From: Chiloscyllium plagiosum | Taxonomy: Eukaryota | DNA length: 64,000 bases | Direction of reading: 5' to 3' | Assembly (NCBI RefSeq): GCF_004010195.1 | Contig: NC_057720.1 | Coordinates: forward strand, 14,293,729-14,357,728 | Part shown: positions 37,601 to 49,879 of the stretch, one piece after another | Layout: each line of letters starts with the position of its first letter | Position numbering within the stretch: position 1 is the first letter of the stretch | Translations under genes and position numbers: made by a program | The notes under the pieces: model-generated | Told to the model about the DNA's origin: nothing | Seen by the model: only the letters and a program-made list of their open reading frames with translations | Databases searched by the model: none

Positions 37601-39219
37601 TACGAGTGATGTCATTGACTGATACTGCTTGAACTTTGTTTTCCTAGTGGCCAGATGCATTGTGGAGGATAATACTTGTGAAACCAAGTGAAAGGATACA
37701 TCTGCACAGTGCCCCGACACAAGAAGAAGCAGGATTTCACAAACCCATGGAAGTGATCTCCAAATTAGTGGTGTAAGTACACTGTTCCTTTTAAACAAAG
37801 AGGTACATTGGTAAGAGGATGCTTAACAAAGTGGAAGCGTGCAGCTATCAGAGGGATAAAGAGGTTGAAATGGATTAGCATCAGGGCAAAATAATCAGGT
37901 TTAAGCTTCAACTTGCACCGCAAGGGTTGCAGTAAACCACAGTGGACAAGTCTAAAGGTAGGGCCTTAGGTTCTGGCTATGCTTCCCAACATGCAGGCTG
38001 GCTGCTTCCTAATCTGCGAACAGCAGAACAAAAATCAATTCCGTTATACGACTACGTTGCATTTTAAATTAATTATTATGGATGGAAACCCAGATGGGTT
38101 AATAAAACCCTATTGCCGTAGCAGGGAAATAGATGCTGCTTATGTCTGCAAAAGTATTAAATTCATTGAGGACAACGTATTTCCAGTAACAGACAAATAC
38201 AATAGCTGTAACTTGATTTTTCAAATGAATGGATTAAAACCATGGCGAGCATGACATCATTGATCTATGTTCATTGGCAATTACTTTTCCAGTTATTTGA
38301 GAGGTCACAAAAGAACTGTGCAATATAGAGCTACAGATTTACTGATCTGCATCAATAGTTAGTAGGCAATTACCAGTAACTCTATTTTTAATAGAGGGAA
38401 AACGTTATAATGTTGCTAGGTTAAGCATTTTGTGGCTCACTACAGTTTAAGATATCTGAGCGACAAGATTAAAACATAATTTTTCTCTCCTTTTTTTGGA
38501 AAAAAAGACATGGCACTTTCAATAAGCCATTCATTTACTAATGAGTCAGCTAGATTTTTCATTAGCATGCAATTAGATTTCCAGTATTTTAATCAAGAGA
38601 CTTTAATTTCAAAGGGGAGAAAAGAAATAAAGTAGGCATGAGTGCAGTAATTCAGGATTATGAAAACATTGCAGGAACACGAAAAGTAGATTGATTAATA
38701 AAATAATCACGTCAATTGTTTTCCTCTCATCAATTTTTTTAACCGGAAAATCAATCGCTTTACATTTTAATTTCCAAATACATAATGTACATCTAAGTGC
38801 CATGTGTGCATGGGTTGACAGCCAATTCATTTCCACTGATGTTTGGCTAGATATGTTGAAAAGTGTTTAATCAAGGCTAAAATAATAGATAAGGGGCAAT
38901 ATGAACACTCCATAACAGAGTATTTTGGGTGCTATTGCTGATGTGATTCTGGACAGAATTTTCTCATTTTGTGTTAACGAATTTTGTAGAGTGAGATTCA
39001 TGGTTACCCAGTCCAACGTGACTTGGAACAACTTTCTGAATGCAAATTTCCATCCTTCATCTATTGAATGTCTTTCCCGGTGAGTCGTGTGGCCACAGAG
39101 GGCGTAAGGGCTCACCACCACTTTCGTGCCATTTTTAATGCCCAGCTACACAACCAAAGTCAGATGTTGCAAGTGACGAACAGGCCGGAGCCTCTTCATT
39201 CAGGATGTCTCCTTGAAGA

Positions 39220-39435
39220 AAGGAAAGCTCAGTCTTTGAGGACGTGGACCTGGATGTGTTGGTGGGTGGATTGATGGAGATGAGGGCTGTTGTGTTTCTA
39301 GTTGACTGCTACAGGAGATGGTGCCACCAGACTCAGCTAACCTGGATACAAAATTGCAGCTCTGGTCAGTGCTTTGTCCCGAGTGATGTTCAGCATCCAG
39401 CAAGTCAGGAAGAAAGTCAATAAGCTTCTCTGCTC
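39220..39435 (+). mobile_element. Decayed Myb/SANT-like domain, probable Harbinger/PIF transposon remnant
   Basis: Manual translation FEDVDLDVLVGGLMEMRAVVF..QLTWIQ/IAALVSALS..SIQQVRKKVNKL (one frameshift) fits the F...E..L...V....W..IA..VS.....R...Q.RKK..DL pattern. Confidence 0.55.
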
Positions 39436-39764
39436 TACAACGACAACTGTCATTCTCTCTACTACATCACAATCACAGGACCACTACTCACTTGAACTCT
39501 GCCACCGCCCATGCTCCTCACCCTGACTTCAGTTCTCACCACTGCATGCATTGTATCCACTCAGGTTTGTTACCTCATGAATTATAATAACACATGGATC
39601 CATATTTCCTGTTAGACCTATAATAGGTAGTTCATCTGCCTCGATATCTAAAAGCTTACAGATATCTATCCTCATTTTCCACATTAGCATTACAGGTAGG
39701 TGACAGCTTAGTGTTTTATATTGGACTATTTTTCCAGAATCCAGGGAATTTTCTGGGGAAACAG

Positions 39765-40037
39765 GTTTGAAGCTCACCATGACAAATGATGGAAATTGAT
39801 TCCGATAAAAGTCGGATTTCAGATGAAACTGTCCTCAATTGTCAGAAAACACATCTAGTTCACCAACATTCTTTAGGGAAGGAAATCTGCCATCCTTACC
39901 TGGTCTGACCGACATGTGACTCCAGAGCCACAGCAATGTGGTTGCCTTTTAATTGTCCGCTGAGGCAAGTAGGGATGGGCAATAAATGCGGGCCTAGCCA
40001 GTGATACTCACATCCCATGAATGAATACCAAAAAATT
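39765..40037 (+). mobile_element. DeuSINE (SacSINE1-like)
   Basis: TTTAGGGAAGGAAATCTGCCATCCTTACCTGGTCTG..CATGTGACTCCAGAGCCACAGCAATGTGG and tail GGGATGGGCAATAAATGC..CATCCCATGAATGAATA. Confidence 0.78.
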
Positions 40038-40087
40038 AAGGTAGACAATGCTAATGCATGGGATGTTAGATGCTGTACGCAGTAAGC

Positions 40088-41100
40088 TTATCTTGTGTGT
40101 GCTATACTAAATTGTACCAGTTTCCTGAGTATATCTGATGTAAAAATGCATAAAGAGATAATACTTGCAGTTGCACCAGTGTCAATTTTCACATATTGTG
40201 CATTTTGTCTCTTCCTTTTGAGGTGTATCATTTGGATGGAGGCAATGGCTTCAGCTTTTCTTGCAGTATCCTTGTGCTGTGTCAAGTTTACCACATGCAC
40301 TGTCTTACCGGGGTCTGCAAGCTTTGACATTGCAGTTACCGCTTGGCTTTTGTTGAGATGCCAAGAATGAAATTTTAGAAGCTTCTTTAGCACTGTTCCT
40401 TAGTTTTCATATGCTGATGTGGACCATTGTGTGGTGTACTGTGGGTTTTGCTAGGCAACTGGATTTCTTACTTATTCTGAAGTGTTGGCTTCTTGTGGAA
40501 CAAAGCCTTTATACATTCCAAAATGCTAGACATGCTCTTGGTAGGTGAGGCACCTTGTGCAAGATTTTGATGTTGCACCAAACCTCATGTTGGAGCAATA
40601 GATGTTCCAAAGTCAAGCACTTCCAGATACTGCTGGCCTGTTTCAAATCTGCATCCTTCATCTAGCAAAGTGTTAACACTGTGGACTTTGGGTTTGTCCA
40701 GATGTGTCTTTCAGGCTGGCTTAGATGAAACCATATTCCATTCCTTTGTGTCAACGTTTGTCTATGAATTGTCAATTGTTTCTCCTGGAAAGATGAGCTG
40801 GACTCAAGCCTGTGTTCTCTGAAATTGATTTGAACTTTAAACTGGTCTTCTAAAATCTGAAAAAAAATCATTGTCAAGATCTCCCTGGTCAACATTGGAA
40901 TTACCAGAGGATTTTATTTTTCTTAAAGCATCAGTACCCGCCCCAAGTGAAAAGAATTTTGACGGTTTGTTGCTCTTTGTTTTATTCTTTGAATAACCAA
41001 AGTTCTGACGCAATGTCAAAGGTGTACAAATTCATAGTTTGAAGTTTGCTTTCCATCTTTTCTTGTGGCTTTATGTTCATTAAAATGCCAATTTAAGCAT
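40088..41100 (-). mobile_element. Decayed LTR-retrotransposon (Gypsy-like) gag/protease remnant
   Basis: YVKIDTGATASII aspartic-protease motif in ORF 40088-40393(-); gag-like LEDQFKVQINFREHRLE in ORF 40662-40895(-). Confidence 0.65.
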
Positions 41101-41587
41101 CCATGTTGTAGTGCTTTTGTGGGCTTTGCTTCTCATGTTTGATATTATTAGATGTTACTCAGAATTTCAGGCTTGTCGTTTCTTCCTGCAGGTGGCATTC
41201 ATGCTAAAAATAAATGAGGGTGTATCTTTTTTTTAAATTTTTACATTAATTTTGGAAAAGAAAATAGTAGCATTGAGTGACATCTGGATACATACAAGTC
41301 TTTTTTAATGTTGAAACCTACTTTTTTTAGTATTTCAAGGATTGTTTAGGAGCTGTGCTTTCAAGACCATGTAAAGGTCCCTTCAGATCAGCAGTAACCT
41401 TTTGTGTTTGAAAACAAAATGCGCTGGCGATCCATGAATACTTCCTGACCTGCTGTGATCTCCAGCATTTGTTGTTTGCAATACAGATTCCAGCATCTGC
41501 AGTGATTTGCTCCTACAGCCTTTTGTCTTTGATCTTTTAAAAGAGAAAGAAAGGGGTGTAAGTTTGAAACTATTAGTTTTGGTTATG

Positions 41588-42027
41588 ATTTGGAGATTCC
41601 GGTGTTGGACTGGGGTGTACAAAGTTAAAAATCGCACAACACCAGGTTATAGTCCAACAGGTTTAATTGGAAGCACACTAGCTTTCAGAGCGACACTCCT
41701 TCACCAAAGATGTGCAGGTTCGGAAAATTGGCCATGCTAAATTGCCCATAGTGTCCAGGGTGTGCAGGTGAGGTGGAACAGTCGAGAGTGTGGTGCTGGA
41801 AAAGCACAGTGGGTCAGGCAGTATCCGAGGAGCAGGAGAATCAACATTTCAAGCATAAGCCCTTCATCAGGAAGGGTTTACGGAATAGCCATGGGAAATT
41901 CAGAGTGATAACAATGGGGTGAGTCTGGGTGAGACGCTCTTCAGAAGATCAGTGCGGACTAGCTCCTCCAAAAGCTAGTGTGCTTCCAATTAAACTTGTT
42001 GGACTATAACCTGGTGTTGTGTGATTT
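41588..42027. mobile_element. Composite: family-B fold-back enclosing an HE1 fragment and a family-A element
   Basis: Inverted B arms at 41588-41704 and about 41962-42027; TTAGTTTTGGTTATG direct repeat at 41573-41587 and 42028-42042. Confidence 0.8.
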
Positions 42028-42814
42028 TTAGTTTTGGTTATGTTTGTTAACTTTAGCTCTGAATTTGGACAGATTGATGGATGACTGTAAAGATTTCAGC
42101 CTATCGCATCCACTTATTGACACTAACTCGCTGTTAGTTTACATCTGTTACATCAAGTTTTTAGTGTACACTTCCTGTCACTGTCTTTTGGCACACATGT
42201 ACTGCCACCATGGTACCATTTGTGGCTTATTATACGTTGACCTACATAACATATACCACAGAGAGTCAGATTCTGCCTGAGTCAGATACCCGAAAGTTTA
42301 TTTACAACACTAACAATTTACAAGGCTACAATATCACAAATGGACACTCATAATCTCGGTTCAGTGCTCACCAATGTTACTGACATACAGAAGACATGAC
42401 AGTGACTCCATTACAAGGAAGAGTGACTGAAGGTGAGGCAGATACTTTTATACTGGAAGGTCACATGTCATCATAACATGCCTTAAAGGCACAGTGTCTG
42501 TGTGGTCTGGAATCTATGCCACAGTAAAACATGTGTAAAGCAACAACGTAGAAACAAAGATGTTATAGATGTCCCTGAACTCCAAAGTAAAGTGTTAAAA
42601 GGCTGAGGTGGTGTCTGATTTGGTCCAGGAACAAGCATAATGATGTAGCAAGACTGGTGTCAATCGCGACTAGTGTAGACAAAGGATTGAGGAGGTTAGT
42701 GGCCATGGGCTGTACAAAGACATTGTTGTGAAGAAACAGTTGAACAGATCAAACTGCAGCTGCCCACTCAGATTTACATATCAGGCATTTGATACACGTA
42801 CTTTCTCCATAATC

Positions 42815-43190
42815 GTAGAATCATAGAATCCTTACGATGTGGAAGCAGGCCATCCAGCCCATCAAGTCCACACTGACCCTCTGAAGAGCATCCCACTCAG
42901 ACTCACCCCATCGTTGTCACCCTGCATTTCCCACGGCTACTCCATAAACCCTTCCTGATGAAGGGCTTATGCTCAAAATGTTGATTCTCCTGTTCCTCGG
43001 ATGCTACCTGACCTGCTATGCTTTTCCAGCACCACACTCTCGACTATTCCACCTCACCTGCACACCCTGGACGCTAAGGGCAATTTACCATGGCCAATTT
43101 TTCTAACCTGCACATTTTTGGACTGTGAGAGGCACCCGGAGCACCCATGCAGATGTACAGAGAATTTGCAAACTCTGCACTGACAGTCTT
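42815..43190 (-). mobile_element. HE1-type V-SINE with a nested family-A element (about 42948-43045)
   Basis: HE1 tail and V-domain remnants interrupted by CCTGATGAAGGGCTTATGCTCAAAATG. Confidence 0.75.
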
Positions 43191-43191
43191 A

Positions 43192-43470
43192 AGATCATAA
43201 GACATAGAAGTTGGCCATTCAGCCCATCAAGTCTGCATTGCCATTCAATGATATCATGGCTGATCTAATAATCCTTAGCTCACAATCCTGACTTTTCTCA
43301 ATAACTATTGATTATCCTACTGGTTACAAATCTGTCTATCTCAGCCTTGAACATACTTAACGACCCAGGTTGAACAGCCTTTCATGGTAAAGAATTCCAC
43401 AGATTCTATACCCTCTGAGAAAAGAAGTTGCTCCTCATTCTCTGGTTTAAATATGTAATACTTTATTCTG
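43192..43470 (-). mobile_element. CR1 3' end
   Basis: Reverse complement of FSQRV.NLWNSL and a TCTTATG tail. Confidence 0.75.
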
Positions 43471-43484
43471 ACATTATGATCTGG

Positions 43485-44248
43485 ATGAATGGATGGGGGC
43501 ATTCTAGCAAAGTTTGCCGATGATACAAAGTTAGGTGGACAGGCAGGTAGTACTGAGGAAGTGGGGAGGCTGCAGAAGGATCTAAACAGTTCGGAAGAGT
43601 GGTCCAGGAAATGGCTGATGGAATTCAATGTGAGCAAATGCGAGATCTTGCACTTTGGAAAAAAGAATACAAGCATGGACTACTTTCTAAACGGTGAGAA
43701 AATTCGTAAAGCCAAAGTACAGAGGGATCTGGGAGTGCTAGTTGAGNNNNNNNNNNNNNNNNNNNNNNNNNNNNNNNNNNNNNNNNNNNNNNNNNNNNNN
43801 NNNNNNNNNNNNNNNNNNNNNNNNNNNNNNNNNNNNNNNNNNNNNNNNNNNNNNNNNNNNNNNNNNNNNNNNNNNNNNNNNNNNNNNNNNNNNNNNNNNN
43901 NNNNNNNNNNNNNNNNNNNNNNNNNNNNNNNNNNNCTCGGACCCGTGGACACAGCCTTAGAATTAAAGGGGGTAAATTCAGAACAGAAATGCGGAGACAT
44001 TTCTTCAGCCAGAGAGTGGTGGGCCTGTGGAATTCATTGCCACAGAGTGCAGTGGAGGCTGGGACGCTAAATGTCTTCAAGGCAGAAATTGATAAATTCT
44101 TGATGTCACAAGGAATTAAGGGCTACGGGGAGAATGCGGGTAAGTGGAGTTGAAATGCGCATCAGCCATGATTGAATGGCGGAGTGGACTCGATGGCCCG
44201 AATGGCCTTACTTCCGCTCCCCTGTCTTATGGTCTTATGGTCTTATGG
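43485..44248 (+). mobile_element. CR1 3' part spanning an assembly gap
   Basis: AKFADDTKLGG..LQKDL..WLMEFNVSKCEILHFG before the gap; FFSQRVVGLWNSLP and a (TCTTATGG)3 tail after it. Confidence 0.9.
43747..43935. other. Assembly gap (189 N)
   Basis: Run of n characters. Confidence 1.
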
Positions 44249-44336
44249 ACATCATGCCATCTGCTCTTTAACTCAGCTACAATAGGAAACAATCTTTCCA
44301 AATTTGCCCTGTCAAATTGCCTAACAATTTTACATT

Positions 44337-45555
44337 GAGTCATAGAGACATAGAGACGTGCAGCACGGAAAACAGACCTTTCGGTCCAACCCGTCTATGC
44401 CATCCAGATAAATTGAATTAATATAGTCCCATTTGCTAGCACTTTGCCCATAACCTTCCCAAACCCTTCCTATTCATATACTCATCCAGATGCCTTTTAA
44501 ATGCTGTAATTGTACCAGTCTCCACCACTTCTTCTGGCAGCTCATTCCATAGACACACCACCCTCTGTGTGAAAATGTTGCCCCTTAGGTCCTTTTTAAA
44601 TTTTTACCCTCTCACCCTAAACCTATGTCCTCTAGTTCTGGACTCCCTCACCCTGGGGAAAAGACCTTGTCTGTTTACCTTATCTATGCCTCTCATGATT
44701 TTATAAACCTCTATAAAGTCACCCCTCAGCCTCAGACGCGTCAGGGAAAACAGCCCCAGCTTGTTCAGCCGCTTCATATAGCTCAAATCCTCCTACCCTG
44801 GCAACATCCTTATAAATCTTCTCTGAACCCTTTCAAGTTTCACAGCATCTTTCCTATAGCAGGGAAACCAGTATTGCACACAGTATTCCAGAAGTGGCCT
44901 AACCAATATCCTGTATAGTCGTAACATGACTTCCCAACTCATGTACGCAATGCCCTGACCAATAAAGGAAAGCATACCAAATGCCTTCTTTACTATCTAA
45001 TCTACCTGCAACTCTACTTTCAAGGAACAATGAGCCTGCAGTCCAAGGTCTCTTTGTTCAGCAACACACCCCAGGACCTTACTATTAATTGTATAAGTCC
45101 TGCTAAAATTTGCTTTCCCAAAATGTAGCACCTCGCATTTATCTAAATTAAACTCCATCTGCCACTCTTCAGCCCATTGGCCCATCTGATCAAGATCCCA
45201 TTGTACTGAGATAGCCTTTAGCATTGTCCACTACAGCTCGAATTTTGGTGTCATCTGCAAACTTACGATCTATACGTCCTATGTTCACCCAAATCATTTC
45301 TATAAATGACGAAAAGCAGAGGACCCAGCACCAATCCATGTGACACTCCACTGGTCACAGGCTTCCAGTCTGAAAAGTGATCCTCCACCAACACCCTCTG
45401 TCTTCTACCTTCGAGCCATTTCTATATCCAAATGGCTAGTTCTCCCTGTATTCCATGTGATCTAACCTTGCCTGTCAGTCTACCTTGAGGAACCTTGTCG
45501 AACGTCTTACTGAAGTTCATGTGGATCATGTCCATTGCTCTGCCCTCATCAATCC
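44337..45555 (-). mobile_element. CR1 LINE, RT domain to 3' end
   Basis: Minus-strand ORFs with WQMEFNLDKCEVLHFG, RPLLEYCVQYW and RLRGDFIEVYK; KFADDTK near 45250. Confidence 0.92.
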
Positions 45556-46690
45556 TCTCCAATCTACATGTTTCAGTTAGGTCTTCTCTCATTCTCTACA
45601 TTAGGCCCAATCTACTCAACCTTTCCTCCATTCTTGGTATTAATCTGGTGAACCTTCTCTGGACTGCCTCTAACGCCAGTATATCTTTCCTTAGGTAAGC
45701 GGCTCTAAACTGTTCTGAGTATTCCAGCTGTGGTCTGACTAGTGTCTTGTGTAGTTTTAGGAACAACTCTCAATCCATTCCCTTTGAAATAATGACCAAC
45801 AGTCCATATGCACCTCCCTATTACCGGTGAACCAGAATACTAGCTTTTTGTGATTCCAGGCTGAGGACTCCCAATTCCTCTGTTCTGCAGATTTGTGCCG
45901 TCTTTCTCCATTTAAACAATATTCAACTCCTCTATTCCTCCTGCCAAATGATCTCTTTCTCTGCACCTTCTCTGTGGCTGTATCACCTTATTCTGCACTA
46001 TATTCCACTATCCTGATGCACTGTGTATGGTACCATCTGCCTGTATAGCACGCAGAACAGTACTTTTCACTGTATCTCGGTACATGTGACAACAATAATT
46101 AAATCAAAAATAAAATCCAAGCAAATAACCTCACAATTCCAATGTTATAAATTAATCCATCAAATTTTGCCGATCCACTATATCCCTATGCTCTTTGTGT
46201 CAACCTCACCACTTGTCTTCCCATTTATTATTTTAACGTCATTGCAAACTTTGCTACAGTACATTTAATTTCCATATCCAAATCATTAACACACATCGTA
46301 AATAATTGTTAACCCAGTACTAATCCTGTGACATTCCACTAATTATAGGTTGCCATCCTGAAAATGCCTGCTTTATCCCACCTCTCTGTCTTCTATTAGT
46401 TAGGCAATCCTCTAGCCATGCTAATATACTCCAAGACCATGGAGTAAATCTTACCTTATTAAGTAGCCTAATGTGTGATACCTTATCAAACACATTTCAA
46501 AAAATCCAAATATATTACACCCATGGCTTCCCCCTTTATCTATCCTGCTTTTTACAACCTCAAAGAATTCCAATAAATTTGTCAGGCGTGATCTGCCTTT
46601 CATGAAGCCATGTGGATTCTATTTGATCATATTATGCATTTGTAAATACTCTGCCAATACACTCATTATAGTAGAGTCTAATATTTTCCT

Positions 46691-46872
46691 GCAGGTCAGG
46701 CAGCATCCAGGGAACAGGAGAATCGACGTTTCGGGCATAAGCCCTTCTTCAGGAAGGGCTTATGCCCGAAACGTCGATTCTCCTGTTCCCTGGATGCTGC
46801 CTGACCTGCTGCGCTTTTCCAGCATTACATTTTCAGCTCTGATCTCCAGCATCTGTAGACCTCACTTTCTCC
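46691..46872. mobile_element. Penelope-derived fold-back element, family A (young)
   Basis: Perfect arms of about 57 bp around TTCAG, terminus CCTCACTTTCTCC, perfect 14-bp TSD TCTAATATTTTCCT at 46677-46690 and 46873-46886. Confidence 0.92.
46723..46754 (-). ncRNA. Minimal hammerhead ribozyme motif (family A)
   Basis: Minus strand CUGAAGA-A-GGGC-UUAU-GCCC-GAAA-C-GUC, core intact. Confidence 0.75.
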
Positions 46873-47549
46873 TCTAATATTTTCCTAACAGCAGACGTTA
46901 AGCTAACTAATTTACAGTTGTTTGCTTTTGTCTCCTTCCCTTTCTAAATAAAGAGGTTACATTGGCGGTTTTCCAATCCTCTGGGACTTTTCCAGAATCT
47001 AAGAATTCCTCGAAGATCAGTGCATCCACTATCTCTGTTGCTATTTCCTTTAATCTCTAAGGATGCATTCCTTCATCTACAGAGGATTTATCCAGCTTTA
47101 GCCGCATTAGTTTCCTTAGCACTTTTTCTTTAGTGATAGTTACTGCATTTATTCCCTCTCTTCCTTTTGCCCTTGAATATTTAGTCATTTTGGGATGCTA
47201 TTAGTGTCTCGATGGAGAGGAGAATTTTGGAAGTTGAATATAAATAGGGCAAGTAGGACATGAAAATTCACTGGGAAATAATGAAGCTGTCGCTCAATGG
47301 AAAGAAGTTGCTGTATAAGCTTTGAGTGAAACATTGAGTACACTTTTCTCGTCATTGAGTATCTGATTTTTGTTTTCAATTTCCCAGCTTTCTTGCATCT
47401 GTCATGCCTAATCAGGGAGTGGCAAACTCAACTTTATTGGAGCATGAGATGTGAAGCCATAGACAACCAGAGATTGTGATTCTTCTACTCCTTGGATATT
47501 GCTTGACCTGCTGTGCTTTTCCAGCACCACACTCTTGACAGAGATTTTT

Positions 47550-47868
47550 TTAGATTAGATTACTTTACAGTGTGGAAACAGGCCCCTCGGCCCAACAAGT
47601 CCACACTGACCCGCTGAAGCGCAACTCATCCAGACCCCCACTCCCCCACATTTACCCCTTCACCTAACGCTACGGGCAATTTAGCATGGCCAATTCACCT
47701 AAGCTACACATTTTTGGACTGTGGGGGGAAACCAGAGCACCCGAAGGAAACCCACGCAGACACGGGGAGAATGTGCAAACTCCACACAGTCAGTCGCCTG
47801 AGGCAGGAATTAAACCCGGGTCTCTGGCGCTGTCAGGCAGCAGTGCTAACCACTGTGCCACTGTGCCG
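47550..47868 (-). mobile_element. HE1-type V-SINE, full length
   Basis: Head CGGCACAGTGGCACAGTGGTTAGC, B box GGTTTAATTCC, intact V-domain, (AATCT)n tail. Confidence 0.9.
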
Positions 47869-48374
47869 CAGGGATTCTTTTTCCACTGCCATCAAGTCTT
47901 TATAAATATGAAGGGAAATTAAGGTTAAGCAAGCAATTATTTACAGTATTTAGATGGAATGGAATCTGTGGTTTACACTGGAATCCTTTGCCTGACTACC
48001 CTTCCTCTTGATGAGGCCTCTACCCAAAGATACCCTTTATTATTCTAGACAGGGTCCATTGAAGATGGAGGCTCCAGCACAAATGATCAAGCTCCCCTGC
48101 TCAGTGTCCAGCGTCACTATTGCCTTCTGACGCTAGAAGTTCCATTACACAACATTCTTCAAAGTAAAGTTACACCTAGTCAAACATCCTTTGATTCCGT
48201 TATTGGGGATCCCAACCCTAGGGTAACTCAGGCTACATGCCTCTGGTCTGATACCAGAGATGAATGTCATTCTAGTACTATACTTCAAATATTTCTATTT
48301 AATATTTACAGTCTTATTTCAAATGATTCAGTGGCAAAATAATTAAAGACAGAATAATAGACAAACTTTAATAA

Positions 48375-48752
48375 TGGAATTTACAGAGATTTACAGGACC
48401 ATGAGGGGCATAGATAAGGTGAATACCAGAGGGTTTTTTTCTTCACGTAGGGGTGTTCAAACTAGAGGGCATATTTTTAAGGTGAGACAAGAAAGATTTA
48501 AAAAGGACATGAGGGGCAACGTATTTACCCAGAGAGTGGTTAGCGTGTGGAATGGACTGCCTGAGGAAGTAGTGAATGCAGGTACAGAGACATTTGGAGA
48601 GACATTTGGATAAGTACATGAATGAAAAATGTTTGGAGGGATAGGAGCCAAAAGTAGAGAGGTGGGACTAGTTTCTGTTGAGAACATGGTCAGTGTGGAC
48701 TACTTAAACCAAAGGGTCTGTTTCAATGCTATATGACTCAATGACTCTGATT
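48375..48752 (+). mobile_element. CR1 3' end
   Basis: ORF 48374-48613 reads TRGHIFKVRQERFKKDMRGNVFTQRVVSVWNGLP. Confidence 0.88.
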
Positions 48753-48799
48753 CTAATCAACACCTAAATTGAAAACACAGTTAAATGTCAGAATATAAC

Positions 48800-49434
48800 A
48801 AATGGTATGCTTGGCTTCATCGGACGGGGTATTGAGTATAAGAGCTGGCAGGTCATGTTAAAATTGTAGACATTGGTTCGGCCGCATTTAGAATACTGTG
48901 TACAGTTCTGGTCGCCACATTATCAAAAGGATTTGGACGTTTTGGAGAGTGTGCAGAGAAGGTTTACAAGGATGTTGCCTGGTATGGAAGGTGCAAGCTG
49001 AAGAGAGGTTGAGTAGGTTAGGTTTGTTTTCATTAGAAAAAAGGAGATTGAGTGGGGACCTGATTGAGGTTTACAAAATCATGAAGGGTATAGACAGGGT
49101 AGCTAGAGATAAGCTTTTTCCCAGGGTGAAGGATTCAATAATGAGAGATCACGCTTTCAAGGTGAGAGGTGAAAAGTTTAAGGGGGATACACACAGCAAG
49201 TACTTTACACAGAGGGTGGTGGGTCTGGAACGCATTACCAGCAGGGATAATAGAGGCAGGCACGGTAGATTCATTTAAGATGCGTCTGGATAGATGCATG
49301 AGGAGGTGGGGAGCAGAGAGATACAAATGCTTAGGAATTGGGCGACAGGTTTAGACAGTACATTTGGATTGGCTCAGGGTTGGAGGGCCGAACGCCCTGT
49401 TCCTGGGCTGTAAATTTTCTTTGTTCTTTCTTTG
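48800..49434 (+). mobile_element. CR1 3' part (TTCTTTG-tail subfamily)
   Basis: [45 protein letters not shown]; same tail as 59958-60178. Confidence 0.88.
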
Positions 49435-49584
49435 TAAATGGAATGATACAATTAAATGTAATGAGTGATTTTGCTTTCCTCGGCATGTGAGGGAAGATGG
49501 AGTTGAGGCCAGGTATCAGCCAGAATCTTAATGAATGGCAGAACAGACATAAAGAACAGTTTATTCCTGTTTTGATTTCTTAGT

Positions 49585-49756
49585 TAGAAATCACACGACA
49601 CCAGGTTATAGTCCAACAAGTTTATTTGAAATCACAAGCTTTCGGAGTGCTGCTCCTTCATCAGGTGAAGTCCACTGGAAGCTTGTGATTTCAAATAAAC
49701 CTCACCTGATGTTATTTGACTTCTAACCTTGTCCAACATTGGCGCCTCCACATCTG
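49585..49756. mobile_element. Penelope-derived fold-back element, family B
   Basis: Inverted TTTATTTGAAATCACAAGCTT / AAGCTTGTGATTTCAAATAAA; 11-bp TSD GATTTCTTAGT at 49574-49584 and 49757-49767. Confidence 0.8.
49632..49668 (-). ncRNA. Minimal hammerhead ribozyme motif (family B)
   Basis: UCAC-CUGAUGA-A-GGAG-CAGCA-CUCC-GAAA-G-CUU-GUGA: 4-bp stem I, palindromic AGCU stem III. Confidence 0.72.
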
Positions 49757-49879
49757 GATTTCTTAGTGATTCGGGAGACACCAAAAAGGTGATATTTATT
49801 GCCAGCCCCAGATAGCCTGCAGAAGATAGTGATGGGCATTCCTCTTGGCTATGTGCTCAGTCACTTCAGATAGCAATTA

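Larger units (their letters stand above)
45560..47200 (-). mobile_element. Older, heavily decayed CR1 fragments
   Basis: Reverse-complement remnants of RPQLEY, KFAxD, FDKVSH, HGFMKGRS and DSGKVPEDWKTANVT. Confidence 0.65.

Noticed and set aside
43489..44080. Long ORFs across 43.5-44.1 kb
   Set aside because: Artefacts of reading through the N gap inside a CR1
10264..46877. Recurring peptide CCWKSAAGQAAS.EQENRRFG.KPF in several ORFs as a small gene family
   Set aside because: Incidental translation of the family-A repeat; starts and ends differ between copies
47800..47868. tRNA genes at A-box/B-box motifs (also near 3300, 29400 and 56230)
   Set aside because: These are tRNA-derived SINE heads continuous with the V-domain; no complete cloverleaf
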